This document shows positions 15,401-30,400 of a stretch of 64,000 nt of DNA, one piece after another. Where the stretch lies: contig OZ286462.1 of NCBI GenBank assembly GCA_965644265.1, positions 32,798,001 through 32,862,000 of the forward strand. The letters are read 5' to 3'. The notes under the pieces were generated by a model. That model had not been told where the DNA came from, ran no database searches, and was given only the letters and a program-made list of their open reading frames with translations. Within the stretch, counting starts at the first letter, position 1, and each line of letters begins with the position of its first letter. Source of the stretch: Glycera tridactyla (lineage: Eukaryota). The translations under genes and the position numbers were made by a program.

Positions 15401-18400
15401 CATTTTATTCATCCATCAGAGTCAAATGTCACAGATCACACTGGACCGACAACAGAAGCAGTCACAGCAGGTCAGTATCAGATGACTGACTGAGAGTTTG
15501 ACCCTGCTTACAACAACTGAATGTCTCAATTCTGCACTGCAAATGATAAGACAATCATAGAGATGATCGAACTTTATTGCAATGCACTGATCATGAGGCA
15601 GTGATAAGATCATCCTCCTAATTCGCATGATTATACCCAATTAGACCATATATCTGACTTCCACGATTACCAAAGATGGCTTTCTCTGATATAGCATGAT
15701 GAGCATTCACTTCATATTCTGATGAAAAATATGACGTGACTATTCTTGTCATTTTCGTGACCATCTCTGACTGGCCTTCTATTAGCCTAAATGTTGTCTT
15801 CCCAACTGACTCAATACTTTTTACCGGATATATATCAACCAAAACATATACTTCAGCAATTGGAAGTATGCTCATCATCTGCCTCACTAGGACACTTTGT
15901 TCTGATATCAGAGGAGGCTGTCTTGTTAATCTCTCTGATATCATCATATCATCACCGACATCAACATCATTTTTCACTTGTCCATGCTGCTCACTATCAG
16001 CATACCGTCTCTTGCCATCATATCAACACCACTAACCGTCACCATATACTCATTGTAACTCTCATCCCACTTTTGGCTCTGCAAGACATGAATTGGAGAA
16101 TATTGACGACACTCACTAACCAAATAACTATTTCCCTGAAGGTACTGAACTATCAGACTCTGGACATGTCATTGATTGGCTGATTCACACTAGGAACACT
16201 GCTTCATGATCTGTTGACCAAGGTAGCATCTATGCCACATCAGACTCCTGCACTGTCAAAGATTAGTCAATAAATACAGATGCAGAAACCAATAGTCAGG
16301 CAATGAGGAAGGACGGTCCTCTATAGTGAAAAAAGGCACACTCATTGGCAGTTGGCTATAAGGATCATTGAGTGAGTATGGATTGCAAATCACAACATGA
16401 GGATAACGTCTCTTCTTGAAAGAATATGGCTCATTCCACCAAAAGGGTCATTATCACACCAAGCCAAGTCAGTATCTCAATTCAAGGCCAGATAATGTCA
16501 AGCTCTATACTGAAGTGTACATTGTTTCAATGGCTACGATCAAATGACAGCCGAAAACACATTGCATAGGTCACATGTGCCTAAAATGCAAATTGGGTAT
16601 CAGCAGAATGCAGCAACTTTACATATGGATGGAAGATGTAGGGTTTATCTGATACTATATGTCAATGGTGGATGTGGAGGAGAATAATTTTTTTCTCCAT
16701 TTATCAGATGTGAATGTCACAGACAACACAGGACCAACTACAGAGGCAGTCACAGCAGGTCAGTGTATCAGCTGATTAGCTGATAGCTTAGCCTTGCTAA
16801 CATAATTGAAACATCTGAATCATGCATCGTCAAAGATCAGTCAAACATAGGAATGATTCAAATTCATTGCAGGGCACCAATGCCAAGACTACGATGAGAT
16901 CATTTTCATAATTTCCATGATGAGTCATGATTTGACAATCCCTATGATTTCAAAGAATAACCAAATTAGCATGCCTATGAACACAGGTGAAACACATACA
17001 TTTTGTGTTCAGGAAAAGTTCTGACAAAAGCAACTCTCATAATTCTTCCAAATAATCATGACAACCCCATTTCCGATATTTAGAATCAGTCTTCTTTCGA
17101 ATTTGATGACTGCCAATGCCAATACTACTACAGATCCACCGATTTGATATACATTCCAAAATATCTCCTTCCTCGAAAAACTTTCTTCGAAATCTGAATG
17201 TCCGCCCATCATTCATGCCTCGATGATGCTTTGCTCTGCTTTCTTTGAATGATGACTCGTGATATCTCAGAATCTATATCATCATTTAAATATGCCTTCT
17301 CTCCATGCATATTCATCACTGTTTTTATATTCACCCACTTCGCCATTACTACCAGTCATCATATACACATTGTAGTTCTTTTCCAATGTGGGTTTTCATT
17401 TCTGTGGGACATGGATCAGGGAAGATTGACAACATTTATCATGCTATTACTCTACAGGTTTTGATCTCTCAGGTAATATTATAGCATATACCAGTGAAAT
17501 CGAAACAGGATTGAGCATTAGTCTGACATCAGCTCAGCTGCAGCAGCAATCAATCTCTGCGTTGCAATATGGCACACATGTTTTCAGCAGAATATTGAGT
17601 AAATGAGTAGGATGTATCCACTTGAAATCACTATATTGACTCAAAAGAAGATGACACTGAGCTCTATAAATTATTGTGCTGATGACAGCCGCATGCCAGA
17701 TTCTAATGGAGAATATGCTAAGAGATGATACATGTGACATTCACATGTCAGCTAAAAGCCAATTCATATTCAATGGAGTTCATGTTTACCTACATCTGAG
17801 ATATCAGTGAAGGAAAGAGGATATAAAAATTGAAAACGTCAGGATATATCTCATACCCTTTTTCAAAGTTCAGTGTGAAAGAGTATGTTTTCATTTTATT
17901 CATCCATCAGACTCAAATGTCACAGAGGACACAGGACCGACAACAGAGACAGTCACATCAGGTCAGTATCAGATTAATGACTGATAATCTAACCCTGCTG
18001 ACAGCAACATAATATCTGAATTCCTCAGTATCGATGATAAGATAATCATAGAGATGAATGAACTTTATTGCAGTGCCCTGACGGTTGGACAATTATATGA
18101 TCAAGCTTCTGATTTCCATGATTAGCCACAGCTAGACCAACTGTCTGACTTACTTGATTAGCGAAGTAGGTCTATCTCTGGTCGAATATGATGAGCATAT
18201 TCATCAGATTCTAATGATGAACATGCTAAGAGATGATACATGTGACATTCACATGTCCGCTAAGAGCCAATTTATATTCAATGGAGTTCAGCGGTGCCTA
18301 CATCTTGGATCTGAGTGATGCAAAGAGACCTGAAGAGAATGAACAGCTCAGCATGATCTCTTACCATATTTCAACGTTCAGTGTGAAAGAGTATGTTTCA

Positions 18401-21400
18401 TTTTATTCATCCATCAGAGTCAAATGTCACAGATCACACTGAACCGACAACAGAAGCAGTCACAGCAGGTCAGTATCAGATGACTGACTGAGAGTTTGAC
18501 CCTGCTTACAACAACAGAATGTCTCAATTCTGCACTGCAAATGATAAGACAATCATAGAGATGATCGAACTTTATTGCAATGCACTGATCATGAGGCAGT
18601 GATAAGATCATCCTCCTAATTCGCATGATTATACCCAATTAGACCATATATCTGACTTCCACGATTACCAAAGATGGCTTTCTCTGATATAGCATGATGA
18701 GCATTTACTTCATATTCTGATGAAAAATATGACGTGACTATTCTTGTCATTTTCGTGACCATCTCTGACTGGCCTTCTATTAGCCTAAATGTTGTCTTCC
18801 CAACTGACTCAATACTTTTTACCGGATATATATCAACCAAAACATATACTTCAGCAATTGGAAGTATGCTCATCATCTGCCTCACTAGGACACTTTGTTC
18901 TGATATCAGAGGAGGCTGTCTTGTTAATCTCTCTGATATCATCATATCATCACCGACATCAACATCATTTTTCACTTGTCCATGCTGCTCACTATCAGCA
19001 TACCGTCTCTTGCCATCATATCAACACCACTAACCGTCACCATATACTCATTGTAACTCTCATCCCACTTTTGGCTCTGCAAGACATGAATTGGAGAATA
19101 TTGACGACACTCACTAACCGAATAACTATTTCCCTGAAGGTACTGAACTATCAGACTCTGGTCATGTCATTGACTGGCTGATTCACACTAGGAACACTGA
19201 TTCATGATCTGTTGACCAAGGTAGCATCTATGCCACATCAGACTCCTGCACTGTCAAAGATTAGTCAATAAATACAGATGCAGAAACCAATAGTCAGGCA
19301 ATGAGGAAGGACGGTCCTCTATAGTGAAAAAAGGCACACTCATTGGCAGTTGGCTATAAGGATCATTGAGTGAGTATGGATTGCAAATCACAACATGAGG
19401 ATAACGTCTCTTCTTGAAAGAATATGGCTCATTCCACCAAAAGGGTCATTATCACACCAAGCCAAGTCAGTATCTCAATTCAAGGCCAGATAATGTCAAG
19501 CTCTATACTGAAGTGTACATTGTTTCAATGGCTACGATCAAATGTCAGCCGAAAACACATTGCATAGGTCACATGTGCCTAAAATGCAAATTGGGTATCA
19601 GCAGAATGCAGCAACTTTACATATGGATGGAAGATGTAGGGTTTATCTGATACTATATGTCAATGGTGGATGTGGAGGGGAATAATTTTTTTCTCCATTT
19701 ATCAGATGTGAATGTCACAGATAACACAGGACCAACTACAGAGGCAGTCACAGCAGGTCAGTGTATCAGCTGATTAGCTGATAGCTTAGCCTTGCTAACA
19801 TAATTGAAACATCTGAATCATGCATCGTCAAAGATCAGTCAAACATAGGAATGATTCAAATTCATTGCAGGGCACCAATGCCAAGACTACGATGAGATCA
19901 TTTTCATAATTTCCATGATGAGTCATGATTTGGCAATCCCTATGATTTCCAAGAATAACCAAATTAGCATGCCTATGATCATAGGTGAAACACATACATT
20001 CTGTGTTCAGGAAAAGTTCTGACAAAAGCAACTCTCATAATTTTCCCAAATAATCATGACAACCCCATTTCCGATATTTAGAATTAGTCTTCTTTCGAAT
20101 TTGATGACTGCCAATGCCAATACTACTACAGATCCACCGATTTGATATACATTCCAAAATATCTCCTTCCTCGAAAGACTTTCTTCAAAATCTGAATGTC
20201 CGCCCATCATTCTCGCCTTGATGATGCTTTGATTTGCTTTCTCTGAATGATGACTCGTGTTATCTCGGAATCTATATCATCATTTAAATATGCCTTCTCT
20301 CCATGCATATTCATCACTGTTTCTATATTCACCCACTTCGCCATTACTACCAGTCATCATATACACATTGTAGTCCTTTTTAAATGTGGGTTTTCATTTC
20401 TGTGGGACATGAATCAGGGAAGATTGACAACATTTATCATGCTATTACTCTACAGGTTTTGATCTCTCAGGTAATATTATAGCATATACCAGTGAAATCA
20501 AAACAGGATTGAGCATTAGTCTGACATCAGCTCAGCTGCAGCAGCAATCAATCTCTGTGTTGCAATATGGCACACATGTTTTCAGCAGAATATTGAGTAA
20601 ATGAGTAGGATGTATCCACTTGAAATCACTATATTGACTCAAAAGAAGATGACACTGAGCTCTATAAATTATTGTGCTGATGACAGCCGCATGCCAGATT
20701 CTAATGAAGAATATGCTAAGAGATGATACATGTGACATTCACATGTCAGCTAAAAGCCAATTTATATTCAATGGAGTTCATGTTTACCTACATCTGAGAT
20801 ATCAGTGAAGGAAACAGGGCATAAAAATTGAAAACGTCAGGATATATCTCATACCCTTTTTCAAAGTTCAGTGTGAAAGAGTATGTTTTCATTTTATTCA
20901 TCCATCAGACTCAAATGTCACAGAGGACACAGGACCGACAACAGAGACAGTCACATCAGGTCAGTATCAGATTAATGACTGATAATCTAACCCTGCTGAC
21001 AGCAACATAATATCTGAATTCCTCAGTATCGATGATAAAATAATCATAGAGATGAATAAACTTTATTGCAGTGCCCTGACGGTTGGACAATTATATGATC
21101 AAGCTTCTGATTTCCATGATTAGCCACAGCTAGACCAACTGTCTGACTTACTTGATTAGCGAAGTAGGTCTATCTCTGGTCGAATATGATGAGCATATTC
21201 ATCAGATTCTAATGAAGAACATGCTAAGAGATGATACATGTGACATTCACATGTCCGCTAAGAGCCAATTTATATTCAATGGAGTTCAGCGGTGCCTACA
21301 TCTTGGATATGAGTGATGCAGAGACCTGGAGCGAATGAACAGCTCAGCATAATCTCTTACCATATTTCAATGTTCAGTGTGAAAGAGTATGTTTCATTTT

Positions 21401-24400
21401 ATTCATCCATCAGAGTCAAATGTCACAGATCACACTGGACCGACAACAGAAGCAGTCACAGTAGGTCAGTATCAGATGACTGACCGAGAGTTTGACCCTG
21501 CTTACAACAACAGAATGTCTCAATTCTGCACTGCAAATGATAAGACAATCATAGAGATGATCGAACTTTATTGCAATGCACTGATCATGAGGCAGTGATA
21601 AGATCATCCTCCTAATTCGCATGATTATACCCAATTAGACCATACATCTGACTTCCACGATTACCAAAGATGGCTTTCTCAGATATAGCATGATGAGCAT
21701 TTACTTCATATTCTGATGAAAAATATGACGTGACTATTCTTGTCATTTTCGTGACCATCTCTGACTGGCCTTCTATTAGCCTAAATGTTGTCTTCCCAAC
21801 TGACTCAATACTTTTTACCGGATATAGCTCAACCAAAACATATACTTAAGCAATAGGAAGTATGCTCATCATCTGCCTCACTAGGACACTTTGTTCTGAT
21901 ATCAGAGGAGGCTGTCTTGTTAATCTCTCTGATATCATCATATCATCACCGACATCAACATCATTTTTCCCTCGTCCATGCTGCTCACTATCAGCATACC
22001 GTCTCTTGCCATCATATCAACACCACTAACCGTTACCATATACTCATTGTAACTCTCATCCCACTTTTGGCTTTGCAAGACATGAATTGGAGAATATTGA
22101 AGACACTCACTAACCGAATAACTATTTCCCTGAAGGTACTGAACTATCAGACTCTGGTCATGTCATTGACTGGCTGATTCACACTAGGAACACTGATTCA
22201 TGATCTGTTGACCAAGGTAGCATCTATGCCACATCAGACTCCTGCACTGTCAAAGATTAGTCAATAAATACAGATGCAGAAACCAATAGTCAGGCAATGA
22301 GGAAGGACGGTCCTCTATAGTGAAAAAAGGCACACTCATTGGCAGTTGGCTATAAGGATCATTGAGTGAGTATGGATTGCAAATCACAACATGAGGATAA
22401 CGTCTCTTCTTGAAAGAATATGGCTCATTCCACCAAAAGGGTCATTATCACACCAAGCCAAGTCAGTATCTCAATTCAAGGCCAGATAATGTCAAGCTCT
22501 ATACTGAAGTGTACATTGTTTCAATGGCTACGATCAAATGTCAGCCGAAAACACATTGCATAGGTCACATGTGCCTAAAATGCAAATTGGGTATCAGCAG
22601 AATGCAGCAACTTTACATATGGATGGAAGATGTAGGGTTTATCTGATACTATATGTCAATGGTGGATGTGGAGGGGAATAATTTTTTTCTCCATTTATCA
22701 GATGTGAATGTCACAGATAACACAGGACCAACTACAGAGGCAGTCACAGCAGGTCAGTGTATCAGCTGATTAGCTGATAGCTTAGCCTTGCTAACATAAT
22801 TGAAACATCTGAATCATGCATCGTCAAAGATCAGTCAAACATAGGAATGATTCAAATTCATTGCAGGGCACCAATGCCAAGACTACGATCAGATCATTTT
22901 CATAATTTCCATGATGAGTCATGATTTGGCAATCCCAATGATTTCCAAGAATAACCAAATTAGCATGCCTATGATCATAGGTGAAACACATACATTCTGT
23001 GTTCAGGAAAAGTTCTGACAAAAGCAACTCTCATAATTTTCCCAAATAATCATGACAACCCCATTTCCGATATTTAGAATCAGTCTTCTTTCGAATTTGA
23101 TGACTGCCAATGCCAATACTACTACAGATCCACCGATTTGATATACATTCCAAAATATCTCCTTCCTCGAAAAACTTTCTTCAAAATCTGAATGTCCGTC
23201 CATCATTCTCGCCTTGATGATGCTTTGTTTTGCTTTCTCTGAATGATGACTCGTGTTATCTCGGAATCTATATCATCATTTAAATATGCCTTCTCTCCAT
23301 GCATATTCATCACTGTTTCTATATTCACCCACTTCGCCATTACTACCAGTCATCATATACACATTGTAGTCCTTTTCCAATGTGGGTTTTCATTTCTTTG
23401 GGACATGAATCAGGGAAGATTGACAACATTATTCATGCTGTTACTCTACAGGTTTTGATCTCTCAGGTAATATTATAGCATATACCAGTGAAATCGAAAC
23501 AGGATTGAGCATTAGTCTGACATCAGCTCAGCTGCAGCAGCAATCAATCTCTGCGTTGCAATATGGCACACATGTTTTCAGCAGAATATTGAGTAAATGA
23601 GTAGGATGTATCCACTTGAAATCACTATATTGACTCAAAAGAAGATGACACTGAGCTCTATAAATTATTGTGCTGATGACAGCCGCATGCCAGATTCTAA
23701 TGAAGAATATGCTAAGAGATGATACATGTGACATTCACATGTCAGCTAAAAGCCAATTTATATTCAATGGAGTTCATGTTTACCTACATCTGAGATATCA
23801 GTGAAGGAAACAGGGCATAAAAATTGAAAACGTCAGGATATATCTCATACCCTTTTTCAAAGTTCAGTGTGAAAGAGTATGTTTTCATTTTATTCATCCA
23901 TCAGACTCAAATGTCACAGAGGACACAGGACCGACAACAGAGACAGTCACATCAGGTCAGTATCAGATTAATGACTGATAATCTAACCCTGCTGACAGCA
24001 ACATAATATCTGAATTCCTCAGTATCGATGATAAAATAATCATAGAGATGAATAAACTTTATTGCAGTGCCCTGACGGTTGGACAATTATATGATCAAGC
24101 TTCTGATTTCCATGATTAGCCACAGCTAGACCAACTGTCTGACTTACTTGATTAGCGAAGTAGGTCTATCTCTGGTCGAATATGATGAGCATATTCATCA
24201 GATTCTAATGAAGAACATGCTAAGAGATGATACATGTGACATTCACATGTCCGCTAAGAGCCAATTTATATTCAATGGAGTTCAGCGGTGCCTACATCTT
24301 GGATATGAGTGATGCAGAGACCTGGAGCGAATGAACAGCTCAGCATAATCTCTTACCATATTTCAATGTTCAGTGTGAAAGAGTATGTTTCATTTTATTC

Positions 24401-27400
24401 ATCCATCAGAGTCAAATGTCACAGATCACACTGGACCGACAACAGAAGCAGTCACAGTAGGTCAGTATCAGATGACTGACCGAAAGTTTGACCCTGCTTA
24501 CAACAACAGAATGTCTCAATTCTGCACTGCAAATGATAAGACAATCATAGAGATGATCGAACTTTATTGCAATGCACTGATCATGAGGCAGTGATAAGAT
24601 CATCCTCCTAATTCGCATGATTATACCCAATTAGACCATACATCTGACTTCCACGATTACCAAAGATGGCTTTCTCAGATATAGCATGATGAGCATTTAC
24701 TTCATATTCTGATGAAAAATATGACGTGACTATTCTTGTCATTTTCGTGACCATCTCTGACTGGCCTTCTATTAGCCTAAATGTTGTCTTCCCAACTGAC
24801 TCAATACTTTTTACCGGATATAGCTCAACCAAAACATATACTTAAGCAATAGGAAGTATGCTCATCATCTGCCTCACTAGGACACTTTGTTCTGATATCA
24901 GAGGAGGCTGTCTTGTTAATCTCTCTGATATCATCATATCATCACCGACATCAACATCATTTTTCCCTCGTCCATGCTGCTCACTATCAGCATACCGTCT
25001 CTTGCCATCATATCAACACCACTAACCGTTACCATATACTCATTGTAACTCTCATCCCACTTTTGGCTTTGCAAGACATGAATTGGAGAATATTGAAGAC
25101 ACTCACTAACCGAATAACTATTTCCCTGAAGGTACTGAAATATCAGACTCTGGTCATGTCATTGACTGGCTGATTCACACTAGGAACACTGATTCATGAT
25201 CTGTTGACCAAGGTAGCATCTATGCCACATCAGACTCCTGCACTGTCAAAGATTAGTCAATAAATACAGATGCAGAAACCAATAGTCAGGCAATGAGGAA
25301 GGACGGTCCTCTATAGTGAAAAAAGGCACACTCATTGGCAGTTGGCTATAAGGATCATTGAGTGAGTATGGATTGCAAATCACAACATGAGGATAACGTC
25401 TCTTCTTGAAAGAATATGGCTCATTCCACCAAAAGGGTCATTATCACACCAAGCCAAGTCAGTATCTCAATTCAAGGCCAGATAATGTCAAGCTCTATAC
25501 TGAAGTGTACATTGTTTCAATGGCTACGATCAAATGTCAGCCGAAAACACATTGCATAGGTCACATGTGCCTAAAATGCAAATTGGGTATCAGCAGAATG
25601 CAGCAACTTTACATATGGATGGAAGATGTAGGGTTTATCTGATACTATATGTCAATGGTGGATGTGGAGGGGAATAATTTTTTTCTCCATTTATCAGATG
25701 TGAATGTCACAGATAACACAGGACCAACTACAGAGGCAGTCACAGCAGGTCAGTGTATCAGCTGATTAGCTGATAGCTTAGCCTTGCTAACATAATTGAA
25801 ACATCTGAATCATGCATCGTCAAAGATCAGTCAAACATAGGAATGATTCAAATTCATTGCAGGGCACCAATGCCAAGACTACGATCAGATCATTTTCATA
25901 ATTTCCATGATGAGTCATGATTTGGCAATCCCAATGATTTCCAAGAATAACCAAATTAGCATGCCTATGATCATAGGTGAAACACATACATTCTGTGTTC
26001 AGGAAAAGTTCTGACAAAAGCAACTCTCATAATTTTTCCAAATAATCATGACAACCCCATTTCCGATATTTAGAATCAGTCTTCTTTCGAATTTGATGAC
26101 TGCCAATGCCAATACTACTACAGATCCACCGATTTGATATACATTCCAAAATATCTCCTTCCTCGAAAAACTTTCTTCAAAATCTGAATGTCCGCCCATC
26201 ATTCTCGCCTTGATGATGCTTTGTTTTGCTTTCTCTGAATGATGACTCGTGTTATCTCGGAATCTATATCATCATTTAAATATGCCTTCTCTCCATGCAT
26301 ATTCATCACTGTTTCTATATTCACCCACTTCGCCATTACTACCAGTCATCATATACACATTGTAGTCCTTTTCCAATGTGGGTTTTCATTTCTTTGGGAC
26401 ATGAATCAGGGAAGATTGACAACATTATTCATGCTGTTACTCTACAGGTTTTGATCTCTCAGGTAATATTATAGCATATACCAGTGAAATCGAAACAGGA
26501 TTGAGCATTAGTCTGACATCAGCTCAGCTGCAGCAGCAATCAATCTCTGCGTTGCAATATGGCACACATGTTTTCAGCAGAATATTGAGTAAATGAGTAG
26601 GATGTATCCACTTGAAATCACTATATTGACTCAAAAGAAGATGACACTGAGCTCTATAAATTATTGTGCTGATGACAGCCGCATGCCAGATTCTAATGAA
26701 GAATATGCTAAGAGATGATACATGTGACATTCACATGTCAGCTAAAAGCCAATTTATATTCAATGGAGTTCATGTTTACCTACATCTGAGATATCAATGA
26801 AGGAACGAGGATATAAAAATTGAAAACGTCAGGATATATCTCATACCCTTTTTCAAAGTTCAGTGTGAAAGAGTATGTTTTCATTTTATTCATCCATCAG
26901 ACTCAAATGTCACAGAGGACACAGGACCGACAACAGAGACAGTCACATCAGGTCAGTATCAGATTAATGACTGATAATCTAACCCTGCTGACAGCAACAT
27001 AATATCTGAATTCCTCAGTATCGATGATAAAATAATCATAGAGATGAATAAACTTTATTGCAGTGCCCTGACGGTTGGACAATTATATGATCAAGCTTCT
27101 GATTTCCATGATTAGCCACAGCTAGACCAACTGTCTGACTTACTTGATTAGCGAAGTAGGTCTATCTCTGGTCGAATATGATGAGCATATTCATCAGATT
27201 CTAATGAAGAACATGCTAAGAGATGATACATGTGACATTCACATGTCCGCTAAGAGCCAATTTATATTCAATGGAGTTCAGCGGTGCCTACATCTTGGAT
27301 ATGAGTGATGCAAAGAGACCTGAAGCGAATGAACAGCTCAGCATAATCTCTTACCATATTTCAATGTTCAGTGTGAAAGAGTATGTTTCATTTTATTCAT

Positions 27401-30400
27401 CCATCAGAGTCAAATGTCACAGATCACACTGGACCGACAACAGAAGCAGTCACAGCAGGTCAGTATCAGATGACTGACTGAGAGTTTGACCCTGCTTACA
27501 ACAACAGAATGTCTCAATTCTGCACTGCAAATGATAAGACAATCATAGAGATGATCGAACTTTATTGCAATGCACTGATCATGAGGCAGTGATAAGATCA
27601 TCCTCCTAATTCGCATGATTATACCCAATTAGACCATATATCTGACTTCCACGATTACCAAAGATGGCTTTCTCTGATATAGCATGATGAGCATTTACTT
27701 CATATTCTGATGAAAAATATGACGTGACTATTCTTGTCATTTTCGTGACCATCTCTGACTGGCCTTCTATTAGCCTAAATGTTGTCTTCCCAACTGACTC
27801 AATACTTTTTACCGGATATAGCTCAACCAAAACATATACTTAAGCAATTGGAAGTATGCTCATCATCTGCCTCACTAGGACACTTTGTTCTGATATCAGA
27901 GGAGGCTGTCTTGTTAATCTCTCTGATATCATCATATCATCACCGACATCAACATCATTTTTCCCTCGTCCATGCTGCTCACTATCAGCATACTGTCTCT
28001 TGCCATCATATCAACACCACTAACCGTCACCATATACTCATTGTAACTCTCATCCCACTTTTGGCTTTGCAAGACATGAATTGGAGAATATTGAAGACAC
28101 TCACTAACCGAATAACTATTTCCCTGAAGGTACTGAACTATCAGACTCTGGTCATGTCATTGACTGGCTGATTCACACTAGGAACACTGATTCATGATCT
28201 GTTGACCAAGGTAGCATCTATGCCACATCAGACTCCTGCACTGTCAAAGATTAGTCAATAAATACAGATGCAGAAACCAATAGTCAGGCAATGAGGAAGG
28301 ACGGTCCTCTATAGGGGAAAAAAAGCACACTCATTGGCAGTTGGCTATAAGGATCATTGAGTGAGTATGGATTGCAAATCACAACATGAGGATAACGTCT
28401 CTTCTTGAAAGAATATGGCTCATTCCACCAAAAGGGTCATTATCACACCAAGCCAAGTCAGTATCTCAATTCAAGGCCAGATAATGTCAAGCTCTATACT
28501 GAAGTGTACATTGTTTCAATGGCTACGATCAAATGACAGCCGAAAACACATTGCATAGGTCACATGTGCCTAAAATGCAAATTGGGTATCAGCAGAATGC
28601 AGCAACTTTACATATGGATGGAAGATGTAGGGTTTATCTGATACTATATGTCAATGGTGGATGTGGAGGAGAATAATTTTTTTCTCCATTTATCAGATGT
28701 GAATGTCACAGACAACACAGGACCAACTACAGAGGCAGTCACAGCAGGTCAGTGTATCAGCTGATTAGCTGATAGCTTAGCCTTGCTAACATAATTGAAA
28801 CATCTGAATCATGCATCGTCAAAGATCAGTCAAACATAGGAATGATTCAAATTCATTGCAGGGCACCAATGCCAAGACTACGATGAGATCATTTTCATAA
28901 TTTCCATGATGAGTCATGATTTGACAATCCCTATGATTTCAAAGAATAACCAAATTAGCATGCCTATGAACACAGGTGAAACACATACATTTTGTGTTCA
29001 GGAAAAGTTCTGACAAAAGCAACTCTCATAATTCTTCCAAAAAATCATGACAACCCCATTTCCGATATTTAGAATCAGTCTTCTTTCGAATTTGATGACT
29101 GCCAATGCCGATACTACTACAGATCCACCGATTTGATATACATTCCAAAATATCTCCTTCCTCGAAAAACTTTCTTCGAAATCTGAATGTCCGCCCATCA
29201 TTCATGCCTCGATGATGCTTTGCTCTGCTTTCTCTGAATGATGACTCGTGATATCTCAGAATCTATATCATCATTTAAATATGCCTTCTCTCCATGCATA
29301 TTCATCACTGTTTTTATATTCACCCACTTCGCCATTACTACCAGTCATCATATACACATTGTAGTTCTTTTCCAATGTGGGTTTTCATTTCTGTGGGACA
29401 TGAATTAGGGAAGATTGACAACATTTATCATGCTATTACTCTACAGGTTTTGATCTCTCAGGTAATATTATAGCATATACCAGTGAAATCAAAACAGGAT
29501 TGAGCATTAGTCTGACATCAGCTCAGCTGCAGCAGCAATCAATCTCTGCGTTGCAATATGGCACACATGTTTTCAGCAGAATATTGAGTAAATGAGTAGG
29601 ATGTATCCACTTGAAATCACTATATTGACTCAAAAGAAGATGACACTGAGCTCTATAAATTATTGTGCTGATGACAGCCGCATGCCAGATTCTAATGGAG
29701 AATATGCTAAGAGATGATACATGTGACATTCACATGTCAGCTAAAAGCCAATTCATATTCAATGGAGTTCATGTTTACCTACATCTGAGATATCAGTGAA
29801 GGAAAGAGGATATAAAAATTGAAAACGTCAGGATATATCTCATACCCTTTTTCAAAGTTCAGTGTGAAAGAGTATGTTTTCATTTTATTCATCCATCAGA
29901 CTCAGATGTCACAGAGGATACAGGACCGACAACAGAGACAGTCACATCAGGTCAGTATCAGATTAATGACTGATAATCTAACCCTGCTGACAGCAACATA
30001 ATATCTGAATTCCTCAGTATCGATGATAAAATAATCATAGAGATGAATAAACTTTATTGCAGTGCCCTGACGGTTGGACAATTATATGATCAAGCTTCTG
30101 ATTTCCATGATTAGCCACAGCTAGACCAACTGTCTGACTTACTTGATTAGCGAAGTAGGTCTATCTCTGGTCGAATATGATGAGCATATTCATCAGATTC
30201 TAATGATGAACATGCTAAGAAATGATACATGTGACATTCACATGTCCGCTGAGAGCCAATTTATATTCAATGGAGTTCAGCGGTGCCTACATCTTGGATC
30301 TGAGTGATGCAAAGAGACCTGAAGAGAATGAACAGCTCAGCATGATCTCTTACCATATTTCAACGTTCAGTGTGAAAGAGTATGTTTCATTTTATTCATC

